Positions 50,807 to 60,000 of a stretch of DNA of 64,000 bases are shown here, one piece after another (the stretch's first letter is position 1; each line of letters begins with the position of its first letter). A program made the translations under genes and the position numbers. A model generated the notes under the pieces. It had not been told where the DNA came from. It saw only the letters and a program-made list of their open reading frames with translations, and did no database searches. The stretch is from contig JAHFJR010000002.1 in NCBI GenBank assembly GCA_023245775.1, forward strand, positions 1,902-65,901, given 5' to 3'. This DNA is from Candidatus Peribacteria bacterium. Lineage in GTDB: Bacteria > Patescibacteriota > Gracilibacteria > Peribacterales > Peribacteraceae.

Positions 50807-51991
50807 ATGCGCATCCTCTTCACCCGTTTCCCTCTCGAGAGCGCCGACGGCGGCAGCGAGAATCAGACGATCTGGCTGATGGAGGGGCTAAGGGCTCGCG
50901 GGCATGAGGTGAGTTTTCTCGGAAGTTGTGATGTTCTCTTGCGTCGCACAAAAGAATTGGGAATGAAGAATGATGAATTAAGAATAGGGATTCCTCCTGT
51001 AACGAAATGGGGAGCGATCAGTTTTCTCTGGCGAAGAAAAAAAATGCAACAAACTCTGATTGCAGAAGTGCAGAAACTTTCCACTTTCCCTACCTGTCCG
51101 GTAGGCAGGCACTTTCCACCTTCCACTCTTATCATGCTCAGCCTCAGCGAGAAGCTCCTCCTCACTCCTTGGGCAGTCTCGCAGGGCATGAGAGTGATCT
51201 GGATCGAGCACGACCGCATCGGAGCATGGCTTCGATGGAATCCTTGGCTGCCGATGCTTCGACGTCTCTCGAAGCTCGTGACGATCGTCTGTGTGTCTGA
51301 ACTGAGCAGGAAGATGTATGAAGAGATTGGGTTTGAGAAGAGCAATCTTATCGCTATTCCGAATGGGATTCCTTCCCCTCTCCCTTCGGCCCGCCCGAAC
51401 GTACCCATTCGGTACGGGCGGGGAGAGGGGTCAGGGGTGAGGGAGGAAAAACAACTCCGTCTCGGTTGTCTCTCCCGCCTGAGTCCCGAAAAGGGTGTGG
51501 ATGTGCTCATACAATCTCTCGAATCCCTGCCGGAAGTGTCTCTGAGCATCGTCGGAAAGGGGCGTGATGAGGCGTACCTTCGTCAGTTGATCTTGGATGA
51601 CACGCAGCGCATGGGGGGAGAGCGGATCACTCTGACATCCTCCGTCGAGGATCTCGATGCGTTCTATCGTTCACTCGATGTGCTCGTCCTTCCCTCCTCC
51701 GACCATGATCCATTTGGGTTGGTTGCGGCAGAGGCGATGATGCGCGGTCTCCCCGTCATTATCACCGATGCATGCGGTATCGCAGGGTACATGGAACACG
51801 ATGAGGATGCCCTGATCGTTCCTGCAGGATCGCCGCGAGCCCTTACAGATGCCATTCAGCATCTTCTTGAGCCTCGGGCACGAGAACGGCTGGGTGCGAG
51901 GGGACAGACGAAGGCAGAAGAGCGCTTCAGTTTGAGCAGAATGATTGATGCCTATGAGGAATTGTTGCTCGGGGAGAGAAAATGTGTTTAG
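50807..51991 (+). CDS. glycosyltransferase family 4 (GT-B, group 1) (394 aa) with two repeat-derived insertions
   Basis: MRILFTRFPLESADGGSE N-domain. The C-domain SRLSPEKGVDVLI...VLPSSDHDPFGLVAAEAMMRGLPVI is an EX7E-type motif. Confidence 0.85.
   Translation: MRILFTRFPLESADGGSENQTIWLMEGLRARGHEVSFLGSCDVLLRRTKELGMKNDELRIGIPPVTKWGAISFLWRRKKMQQTLIAEVQKLSTFPTCPVGRHFPPSTLIMLSLSEKLLLTPWAVSQGMRVIWIEHDRIGAWLRWNPWLPMLRRLSKLVTIVCVSELSRKMYEEIGFEKSNLIAIPNGIPSPLPSARPNVPIRYGRGEGSGVREEKQLRLGCLSRLSPEKGVDVLIQSLESLPEVSLSIVGKGRDEAYLRQLILDDTQRMGGERITLTSSVEDLDAFYRSLDVLVLPSSDHDPFGLVAAEAMMRGLPVIITDACGIAGYMEHDEDALIVPAGSPRALTDAIQHLLEPRARERLGARGQTKAEERFSLSRMIDAYEELLLGERKCV
51077..51128 (+). repeat. ttccac-flanked palindromic module in frame in the GT4 gene
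   Basis: ctttccactttccc + tacctgtccggtaggcagg + cactttccaccttccactc, encoding STFPTCPVGRHFPPSTL. The same architecture occurs at 53998-54061. Confidence 0.8.
51375..51446 (+). repeat. nested palindromic module in frame in the GT4 gene
   Basis: cccctctcccttcgg [cccgcccgaacgtacccattcggtacgggcgg] ggagaggggtcaggggtgagggagg, encoding SPLPSARPNVPIRYGRGEGSGVRE. Confidence 0.8.
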
Positions 51992-52018
51992 AATGCACCC
52001 TTTCTCTTTCTCACTGAT

Positions 52019-52315
52019 ATGTCTGAAGAAAGCCCCAGAGACGTACAGGCCTCACAGATCCTTCTCCTGAGCGATGGAGAGAAAACAGTCCTGTCTCAGC
52101 TGACAGGTATTCGCGGTACACTGAAGGCACTGAGACTGGACCTCTGCTCCGTGGGTGGATCCTATTTCCTAGATCTCCCTTCGGATCTCACACACCTCAT
52201 TCCAAATGGGACGGTCGATCACTTGGCCGAATCTCTTCGCCGTATATTCAACATCGTCTGTACACCAATTGCCAGTACCTGCTATGTGTCGTCTCAGTCT
52301 GCTCAGGTACGATGA
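52019..52315 (+). CDS. hypothetical protein (98 aa)
   Basis: ORF filling the gap between the GT4 and amidase genes. No motif recognised. Confidence 0.35.
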   Translation: MSEESPRDVQASQILLLSDGEKTVLSQLTGIRGTLKALRLDLCSVGGSYFLDLPSDLTHLIPNGTVDHLAESLRRIFNIVCTPIASTCYVSSQSAQVR

Positions 52316-52322
52316 GACCCTC

Positions 52323-54884
52323 ATGCGGCGCCGAGGACTCACTTCATTCCTGCTGACGATCTTCTTGCTCCTGCAGAGTGTTCCCGCATTTGCGGCTCCT
52401 TGGGCTGCTCTCGCATCTATCGTGACCCTAGACTTTCGCACAGAGATCGATGCCTTCAGTGTGCGTTTGCCTCTCTCAGGATCAGAGGTTCGCTATTCGT
52501 ATGTGCAAGGAAAAAAGTGGTCGCCTTGGATCGTCTTCGACAATGACGGAGATAGCAGCAGAGGAGAGGAGAGCGAGCTCGTGATGCTTCCTTCTTCTGT
52601 GCGCTCTCTCCGGGTACAGGGCGTTGCCTCACGGGAGGATGTCCATCCGATCCATGTATCGAAGGATCCTGTCTCTGTACGTGTCGCATCCAAGACAGCT
52701 GGAATGAATCCAAGCATCATCCGTCGTCGTGAGTGGGGTGCAGATGAATCCTACCTCTTCGATCTGCCGACGAGAGAAGAGACGATGCCCTCCGCTGGAG
52801 ATATCGCGAAGGGAGACACGGTGGTCACCGATTCTGTGCAGAGTGGGAATCGCATCAAGGACTGCCTCGAGGCGCAGCAGAAGTACGGAAGCGAATTCAA
52901 GATTGCGTCGACCCTTTCGAAAGACTCCTCAGGCAAGAGCTATCGTTGGCCCTTGCAGTACAGCTCCGCCGTGAAATTGTTGGTGGTGCACCACTCGGCG
53001 CTCAACGTGAATGGAGACCCACGTCCACCCATTGAACGGATCCGCGCACTCTACAAGTACCATGCTCTCACGAAGGGCTGGGGCGACATCGGCTACCACT
53101 TCGTCGTTGACGAGAACGGTCAGGTCTACGAGGGGAGAGAGGGTGGAACATCCGTTGTTGGAGGTCATGCCTACTGCAACAACGTCGGGACCATTGGCAT
53201 TGTCCTGATGGGGAATTTCGAACTCGAGCAGCCTAGTCAAGTGCAAGTGAAAGGGCTCCAGCGACTCTTGAGTGATCTCAGTCACGAGTATGGGATCGAT
53301 GTCACACGGAGTGTGCAGTTCCACGGGAAGACATTCGCTTCGCCCGTCGTCGGGCATCGGGATCTCCTCTCTACTCTCTGTCCCGGCTACTCGCTCTTCG
53401 GAGTGCTCTCGCAGATCGTCGCGCATCTGAAGTCCGGAGAACTCGATGCTTCGGTACAATTTCCTCCGCCTCGTTCGAGTTCTTCTTCGTCAGCATTCTC
53501 TTCATCTGCGAATGGCGGATTTCTGGGGCTTGCCGAAGGCATTTCGTTCATCGGTCGCACCGCGATCGATATGAACCCGAGTGGGAAGCAGCGTCTGAGT
53601 TTTGCGTACACGGCGGGGGAGGCAGGAGCGTACGAGGGCAAGAAGATCGGCGACGTGCGTCTGTCATCGCCCAGCATCACGCTGATGCAAGATGACGGTA
53701 TCCATCACATTCCAGTGAGAAAAGGCATTCTTCTTCAGACGGATCTTCCGGCGGGTGAATCCGTCACGATCCAACTGATCGTCCAGGCACCACCCGATGC
53801 GGGGAGCTATTCGATGGAGATCGCAGGACTCCGTTTTACGCTCTCCGTTGCGGGTCGTCGTGCTCGCGCGGGAGAGTTCATCAATCCCTTTGCAGGCAAC
53901 CCTGTGCACATCGTGCATCCGACGGAGATCAAACGAGATGCTGCACTGACCGTGCGTTCTGTTTCTCTGAGACGATCTCGTCAGATTTCTTCCTCATCAC
54001 CTTCCACTTTCCCTGCCTTGCCGGCAGGCAGGCACCTTCCACCTTCCACTTTAAACTTTCCGCCTTCCGCCCCTTCTTCCATCCGTATTCGTCTGAGCGC
54101 GTCCCCTTCTCCGACCATCACCTTCCAAGCCGCAGGGAGGATCAATGACACGGTGGTTCCTGCGGGGACATCGGTGCATCTGTTCGCGCGTGGATCCGAG
54201 TGCTTTGCAGCAATAGCCGGAACCCTCTCTGTTCGTGATCGTGTTCTGCGTTTGCAATCACAGCAGTCCGAATTCCTCACGATTGATGCTGTGAGATCGA
54301 ACGTTGGTGCGTACAAGGGCGTCCTCGAGTGCCGTGTCCTTGAGGGGTCTCTCGTGCTCATCAACGAACTGCCGCTTGAAGACTACATGGCTGGGCTCGC
54401 TGAAGAGCCGGATAGTGAGCCGTACGAGAAACAACGTGCGTTCGCGATCGCCGCTCGCACGTATGGCGCGTACTACATGCAATCTTCACAGCGTAAATTT
54501 CCGAGCATGCCCTACGATGGCAGCGACAGTCCTGCGGAATTTCAGTTCTATCTGGGGTTGAACTTTGGAGAGAAGAATCCGCAGTGGCTTCGCGCTGTTT
54601 CGAGTACTGCACACCAAGTTCTTCGTTCTTCGGGGCAGCTCATCAAGTCGCCGTACTTCAGTAGTGACGACGGACGTACGAGAAGCCCCGCAGAAGCTGG
54701 CTGGAAAAATTTTCCGTTTGCAGAAATATTTGCAAGCAAGCGTGACCCGTGGTGTGCAGGCCTTCCTCTCAGCGGTCATGGAGTCGGCATGTCGGGCTGC
54801 GGAGCCCGAGGGCAAGCCATTGCCGGTAGTAGTGCTGAGCAGATTCTGCAGTACTACTATCCTGGGGTGCGGATTCAGGAGTAG
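52323..54884 (+). CDS. exported bifunctional cell-wall enzyme: N-acetylmuramoyl-L-alanine amidase (Amidase_2/PGRP) domain plus C-terminal SpoIID/LytB domain (853 aa)
   Basis: Signal peptide MRRRGLTSFLLTIFLLLQSVPAFA. Amidase_2 block LVVHHSAL...GWGDIGYHFVVDENGQVYEGREG...GHAYCNNVGTIGIVLMGNF...GHRDL..TLCPG. SpoIID-like block EDYMAGLAEEP...RAFAIAARTYGAYY...SPYFSSDDGRT...GHGVGMSGCGA. Confidence 0.8.
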   Translation: MRRRGLTSFLLTIFLLLQSVPAFAAPWAALASIVTLDFRTEIDAFSVRLPLSGSEVRYSYVQGKKWSPWIVFDNDGDSSRGEESELVMLPSSVRSLRVQGVASREDVHPIHVSKDPVSVRVASKTAGMNPSIIRRREWGADESYLFDLPTREETMPSAGDIAKGDTVVTDSVQSGNRIKDCLEAQQKYGSEFKIASTLSKDSSGKSYRWPLQYSSAVKLLVVHHSALNVNGDPRPPIERIRALYKYHALTKGWGDIGYHFVVDENGQVYEGREGGTSVVGGHAYCNNVGTIGIVLMGNFELEQPSQVQVKGLQRLLSDLSHEYGIDVTRSVQFHGKTFASPVVGHRDLLSTLCPGYSLFGVLSQIVAHLKSGELDASVQFPPPRSSSSSSAFSSSANGGFLGLAEGISFIGRTAIDMNPSGKQRLSFAYTAGEAGAYEGKKIGDVRLSSPSITLMQDDGIHHIPVRKGILLQTDLPAGESVTIQLIVQAPPDAGSYSMEIAGLRFTLSVAGRRARAGEFINPFAGNPVHIVHPTEIKRDAALTVRSVSLRRSRQISSSSPSTFPALPAGRHLPPSTLNFPPSAPSSIRIRLSASPSPTITFQAAGRINDTVVPAGTSVHLFARGSECFAAIAGTLSVRDRVLRLQSQQSEFLTIDAVRSNVGAYKGVLECRVLEGSLVLINELPLEDYMAGLAEEPDSEPYEKQRAFAIAARTYGAYYMQSSQRKFPSMPYDGSDSPAEFQFYLGLNFGEKNPQWLRAVSSTAHQVLRSSGQLIKSPYFSSDDGRTRSPAEAGWKNFPFAEIFASKRDPWCAGLPLSGHGVGMSGCGARGQAIAGSSAEQILQYYYPGVRIQE
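53998..54061 (+). repeat. ttccac-flanked palindromic module in frame in the amidase gene
   Basis: caccttccactttcc + ctgccttgccggcaggcagg + caccttccaccttccactttaaactttcc, encoding PSTFPALPAGRHLPPSTLNFP. Confidence 0.8.
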
Positions 54885-54923
54885 AGACACATGGTTTCCC
54901 ATGTCTCTCTGTAGAACATCTTC

Positions 54924-55238
54924 TTAACTTGAATGTTCACAGGACTCATGCATCCCTCCATAGAGGAGCTTCTTGCAAGCGTGGCGGGTTCCTTGGCTCC
55001 TCCTGCATGCGTCCATTCTTCTGGCAAGAAAAAGATTCTGTCCAAGAGCGCGTACGTTATCTTGTTCGAGAGCGATGCGTAATCGCAGTTCTCTTGTCGC
55101 AGCTTCTTGATCGGTGGGCGACAGAGTCTCAAGTTCGAAGAAGTGCTGAAAGGATTCAAGATGTGCAGGCGTGAGGAGACCAATTTCTCCATCCATATTT
55201 GCCACGCCTGAAGGGACGAGTAACATGAGTGCGATCAT
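54924..55238 (-). CDS. hypothetical small protein (104 aa; start uncertain)
   Basis: ORF downstream of metK. Weak signal-peptide-like N-terminus MIALMLLVPSGVA. Confidence 0.3.
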   Translation of the reverse strand: MIALMLLVPSGVANMDGEIGLLTPAHLESFQHFFELETLSPTDQEAATRELRLRIALEQDNVRALGQNLFLARRMDACRRSQGTRHACKKLLYGGMHESCEHSS

Positions 55239-55374
55239 GAAGTATCGTATTTTTTTGTCAAATTTTGTTAGCAGGAGCGACGACTCTCCGCATTTCAATG
55301 GACAAAAATCTGTTCCCCAGATGGAGTAGAGACGCCCCGCTGCGCTGGGCATCTCTACAACATCAGAACATTAC

Positions 55375-56532
55375 TTACCTTACCGCTTTGATCAGCGCAT
55401 CCAGCCGATCACACTTCTCCCACTTCACATCGAGGTCTTCGCGGCCCATGTGACCGTACGAGGCGACTTTCTGGTACTGAGGACGGAGCAGATCGAGGTC
55501 CTTAATGATCGCTGCAGGGCGGAGATCGAAGACCAGAGAAATGGCTTTCTCTAGGGCTCGGTCACTCACCTTCCCCGTGCCGAAGGTATCAACCCGGAGT
55601 GAGACTGGAGCAGCGATACCGATGGCGTAGGCTACTTGCACCTCGCACTTCTTCGCGAGGCCAGATTTGACGACGTGCTTGGCAACCCAGCGTGCGGCGT
55701 ACGCGGCACTCCGATCGACCTTGCTCGGGTCCTTGCCCGAGAAGGCACCACCACCGTGACGGCTGTAGCCACCGTACGTGTCGACGATGATCTTGCGGCC
55801 CGTGAGTCCGCAGTCGCCTGGGGGGCCACCGATGACGAAGCGTCCGGTCGGATTGATGAAGTACTTCGTACTGGCATCGAGGTACGGTCCACAGACGGGC
55901 TCGATGATATGCTTCTTGATGTCCTTGCAGATCTGTTCGTGGCTGACCGTATCGGCGTGCTGCGTCGAGATGACGACCGTCTGTGCGCGCGTCGGCTTTC
56001 CTTCATCGTCGTATTCGATCGTCACCTGACTCTTCCCGTCGGGACGGAGGTAGGTGAGTCCTTTGGACTTGCGCACTTCTGCAAGCTTGCGTGTCAGCTT
56101 GTGCGCGAGTGAAATCGGCAGTGGCATCAGCTCCGGCGTCTCATCGCACGCGAAGCCGAACATCAATCCTTGATCTCCTGCCCCCTGTTCCTTCGTCGTG
56201 GTCTTTGCGGCAGTGACCCCTTGGTCGATATCTGCACTCTGTTCGCCGACACAGACCATGACGGCACAGGCCTTGTGGTCGAAACCGAAGATGCCGTCGT
56301 CGTAGCCAATGTTCTTGATCGTGTCGCGCGCGACTTGTGCCATCGGGATGTAGGTATTCGTCGTGATCTCACCCGCAACGACGACGAGGCCGGTCGTGGC
56401 GAGGCACTCACAGGCGACATGCGAAGCGGGATCCTTGCTGAGCGCGTAGTCGAGCACCGCATCGGAAATCTGATCGCAGAGTTTATCGGGGTGGCCCTCG
56501 GTAACACTTTCTGAAGTAAAGAAGCTTGGCAT
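55375..56532 (-). CDS. metK: S-adenosylmethionine synthase (385 aa)
   Basis: [46 protein letters not shown] and the rest are MAT signatures. Confidence 0.95.
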   Translation of the reverse strand: MPSFFTSESVTEGHPDKLCDQISDAVLDYALSKDPASHVACECLATTGLVVVAGEITTNTYIPMAQVARDTIKNIGYDDGIFGFDHKACAVMVCVGEQSADIDQGVTAAKTTTKEQGAGDQGLMFGFACDETPELMPLPISLAHKLTRKLAEVRKSKGLTYLRPDGKSQVTIEYDDEGKPTRAQTVVISTQHADTVSHEQICKDIKKHIIEPVCGPYLDASTKYFINPTGRFVIGGPPGDCGLTGRKIIVDTYGGYSRHGGGAFSGKDPSKVDRSAAYAARWVAKHVVKSGLAKKCEVQVAYAIGIAAPVSLRVDTFGTGKVSDRALEKAISLVFDLRPAAIIKDLDLLRPQYQKVASYGHMGREDLDVKWEKCDRLDALIKAVR

Positions 56533-56721
56533 ATGATGGAGAGAATAATAAATAAAAAGTTACCCTGAGCGAGCCGTCAGGCGAGTCGAAGGGTCACAGA
56601 CTCGGAGGTGAAGAGAGAGGACATACGTAGAGGTGGGGAAGGTAAGGAAGGTGAGGTACGTGTGGTAGGTTTGGTAGGTAGGTGGGCAAAAATTCAATGC
56701 GGCTCTACCGACCCGCGGATC

Positions 56722-56750
56722 AGACAAAAAGAACTTTCCCTGAGGAAAGC
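56722..56750 (-). terminator. short intrinsic terminator forming the riboswitch expression platform
   Basis: Minus strand: ctttcc-tcag-ggaaag followed by ttcttttt. The 5' arm could alternatively pair with the ggaaag at the 3' end of the aptamer (antiterminator logic). Confidence 0.45.
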
Positions 56751-56758
56751 TAGTGAAA

Positions 56759-56880
56759 TGCTATCTTTCCCCTGACGGGGCCGAAGGTACCACCGTTTCC
56801 TCTCGAGGAAGGTTGGCGGACGCGTATTGGGTCGGTTACCCTGCCTACCGGCAGGCAGGCACGCGTCACTCTTGATAGGC
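56759..56880 (-). promoter_or_regulatory. SAM-I-type riboswitch aptamer upstream of metK
   Basis: Minus strand: CUAUCAAGAG...CGCCAACC-UUCCUCGAGAGGAAA-CGGUGGUACC...GGGGAAAGAUAG. P1 CUAUC/GAUAG. The conserved AAGAG, GCCAACC, GGUG and GAAAGAU elements appear in SAM-I order. Confidence 0.7.
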
Positions 56881-57003
56881 GATGGTGTGAGAAGGAGTCT
56901 ATGGAAAAGATACTGTGGTTGCATCAGAAAGAAATTTACAATTTTATAATAATATGGTATTATTATACTGATCTACACAAAGACTCGTATCACTCAACAT
57001 TGT

Positions 57004-60000
57004 ATGAATCTATCCGAAGATCATGAGCAGGATGCACACCCAGATATCGAAGATATGGGTGAGAGGAGGGTATCCCAAGCCGCCACTCTTCTTGGTCTTC
57101 TCGATAAGAGAGAAGAGGTGGAAAGAATCATTGCATCGGAGGGAAGGACCGTTCAAGATCTTTGTAGATCTCTGGGAATCTCAGCTCGAGAGAGTCATGA
57201 TGAAGTGAGAGAGAAGACGATAGATCACCCTGAGGATAGAGCACGTGCAATGGAGGAGGAACTTTCTCGTTTGGTAGATCCTACGATTGATGAAATTTCG
57301 AGAGTGATCATAACGTCAGGGTTAGCCGCTGAAGAGATTCGTACATGGTTGAGAGTGAACAACATGGACATTCAATGTCTTGTATCGCAAAGAGGACATT
57401 TGGGAATCAAAAGTTCTGAAGTATCAGAGCAGCTTGCAGGCCATCGGAAGAGAAATTTTTGGCAAAAACTTTTCCATCCAAAAGAAAGAGAGAAGATCGT
57501 GCAAGGGGTACGAGAAGTCTCCAGCGCTCTTGCACGTCTGGATGGAGAGCTTGCAACAAGGCGGCCTCGTTTTGATCACATCACATTGGCAATGCAAAGA
57601 CTCTCTCAGAGACGAGAGGATCTTGTCACTAGCGCAGTTAATCAGTTCTTTGAGCATATTGAAGAGAAATACAGAGGACTTCAGGCAGCATTCGTGACAC
57701 CTCAAGTCAAGGAGGGACTCAATACTGTGTTGATTGCAGAGAACGTACTACCCAAATTGAATGAGCTCAAAGCGGATGGCAGAATGAGTGAGGCAGATTC
57801 GGTGGAGTATCTTGGTCTGCTCCGAGCCAAGTTGGCTGAAGGCTATCTCGATTGGAGCGCTGCAGTAGAAAAGAAAGAAGCGGCGGAGAAAAGGAGAAAG
57901 CGATTAGAGTGTCTCCATCGACAATCACGGCACAGTTTGGAGGGAATAAGTAGCGTCATCGAGAGTAAGGGGAATGAGGCGGCTGACGTTTATTACGATA
58001 GGATCTTTGAGGTATTGCTGCGGGAAGCTGCAAAAGAAGAGATCGAGCGATGGCGAGATGCCTTGTGTACTTTGGTAGGTCCCGACTTGCAGGGGGCCAT
58101 TGCCCAAAGCAGTAAGCAGAGTGTGTATCCGGCAAGGAGTGATTGGGGCGGGGGACATGAGACAGAAAAAGATATTCTGGATCTCAGGGAAGTTCCCATT
58201 GGGGATGTGAACAAGCTCAATGGATTGGTGCGATGGCCGGTGGTCAAGCGTTTTGCAGAACAGTCAGGCCTGATACCAGAAAATATTTTTTTGCGTGTCG
58301 AGCGTATCATTATTGAAAGATTATTTCACGAACAACTATTCCCAGGTGGACGCGAGTCATGGGAGGGTACCGCTGCGAGTTACAAGATAGGTGCGCTACA
58401 GAATCCTGAGGCTTTGCCCCTTTTGCTGAAGCAGATTGAGGCATTCGGGACTGGCCATACGAATGATGCCGTTGTCTATGCTATGGAGAGCCTGCTCTCA
58501 GAGAGTAATCCTGATCACCTCCAACAGGTGCTCCAATCTTTGCCAGAAAACAAAAGAATTTTACTAGAGACTCTTGCGAATGAGCACTCGTATATGACTC
58601 GGTTTGGCAGATGCAATGCTCGGTATGTTACGTGCGTGCTCTTGAAGGATGGTGATTTCACTCTCGCGAAGGAGCAGTTGACAAGAATTTTGGAAAATGG
58701 AGGAAGCTTTGGGGATCAGCAGTTGAAGGATTTTTATCTAGGAAGCAGAGAGTTCGGACCTGAGGCATCGGCAGAACTTCTACAAAAAAGGGAAGAGGTG
58801 GAACAGGTCATCATCCAGAGCAAATTATCTTTCTGGACTCAGGCTGCTGATAAACTGTTGGCAGCACTGGTCCATCCAGGGAACGGAGACAGCGTCGCAT
58901 TCCCCAAAAGAATCGCGAAGGAAGGTCTCGGTGTTTCCGACGAAGCAATGATCGGTGTACTCGACCAGATTTTTTCCACAAAGACGTTCAAGGGAAGCGG
59001 TTTTGAGAGAGAGGCATTCCTCGATGGTCTCCTTGTGCTCAATGCAAAAGAAGACGGGGCAGCTGTCCTAGAAACACTGCTCGGTGTGTATCGAAGTGCG
59101 AAGAATGATCCCTCGAGGATGAGGCGCATCTTCCAGCTTCTCTCTACGCTCGATGCCTTTGGAGAATATGCTTTCGTCGTACCGAGCTCACAGCATGTGG
59201 ATCAGATTCGTTCGGATATTGCTGGTCTGGAGGAACAGCTTCCGCAAACGAAGGAGAAGAGTGGACGGAAGAAGACGAAGGATGCGATAGAAACGCTCAA
59301 AGTCGAACTGCAGAATGTGACCGGACTGAAGGGTATCGAGGATGCTATGACAAAAAAAGTCGTCGAGGTTGCGTGTAGACGGCTGGAATTACCGCAGAAA
59401 TTTCATGAGAAGATCGAGGGAAATTTGGAAGAATTTCTTAGAAGCGGACTGTTCGAAATCGTTCCAACACTTGCAGGAAAATATGACAAGGAGAACAGAA
59501 CCGATGTGAGCAATCTTCTGAGGACGGTCACGGAGCACATTATTGAGGGGGATTTCAATGCATGGCGCTACACGCACGAGCAGACGGCGATACAACTCGC
59601 TGGTCTGACGGAAGAGCAGAAAAAGTTTTGGAGAGAAACGCTGGAACCGATAACGATCGACATCTCACTCTCGGATGATGAAGAGAGCAGGCGAGCGGAT
59701 GAATTGAGAGCCACCAAGGACATTCTTAGAAATGCGAAGGAACACATTCTTGTTGAACAGCCGCATTTTGATTTTTCTAGAGACAGGGCTCGTATGCTTT
59801 CGATACAGGTTGATGGATTGACCGAAAGAATAAAATCTTGCACGTCCGATGATGAAAAGAGATCACTCGTCGTAGAGAAGCGGAGGGTGCAAGCGGAGAC
59901 AACACTCCTCTCTGGATTCTTGGAGATTGAAGAGGCAACAACCGCATCCTTTACACGCGACAGAATCTGTGCGCAGGCACGTGCATTGTGCAATTGTCTT

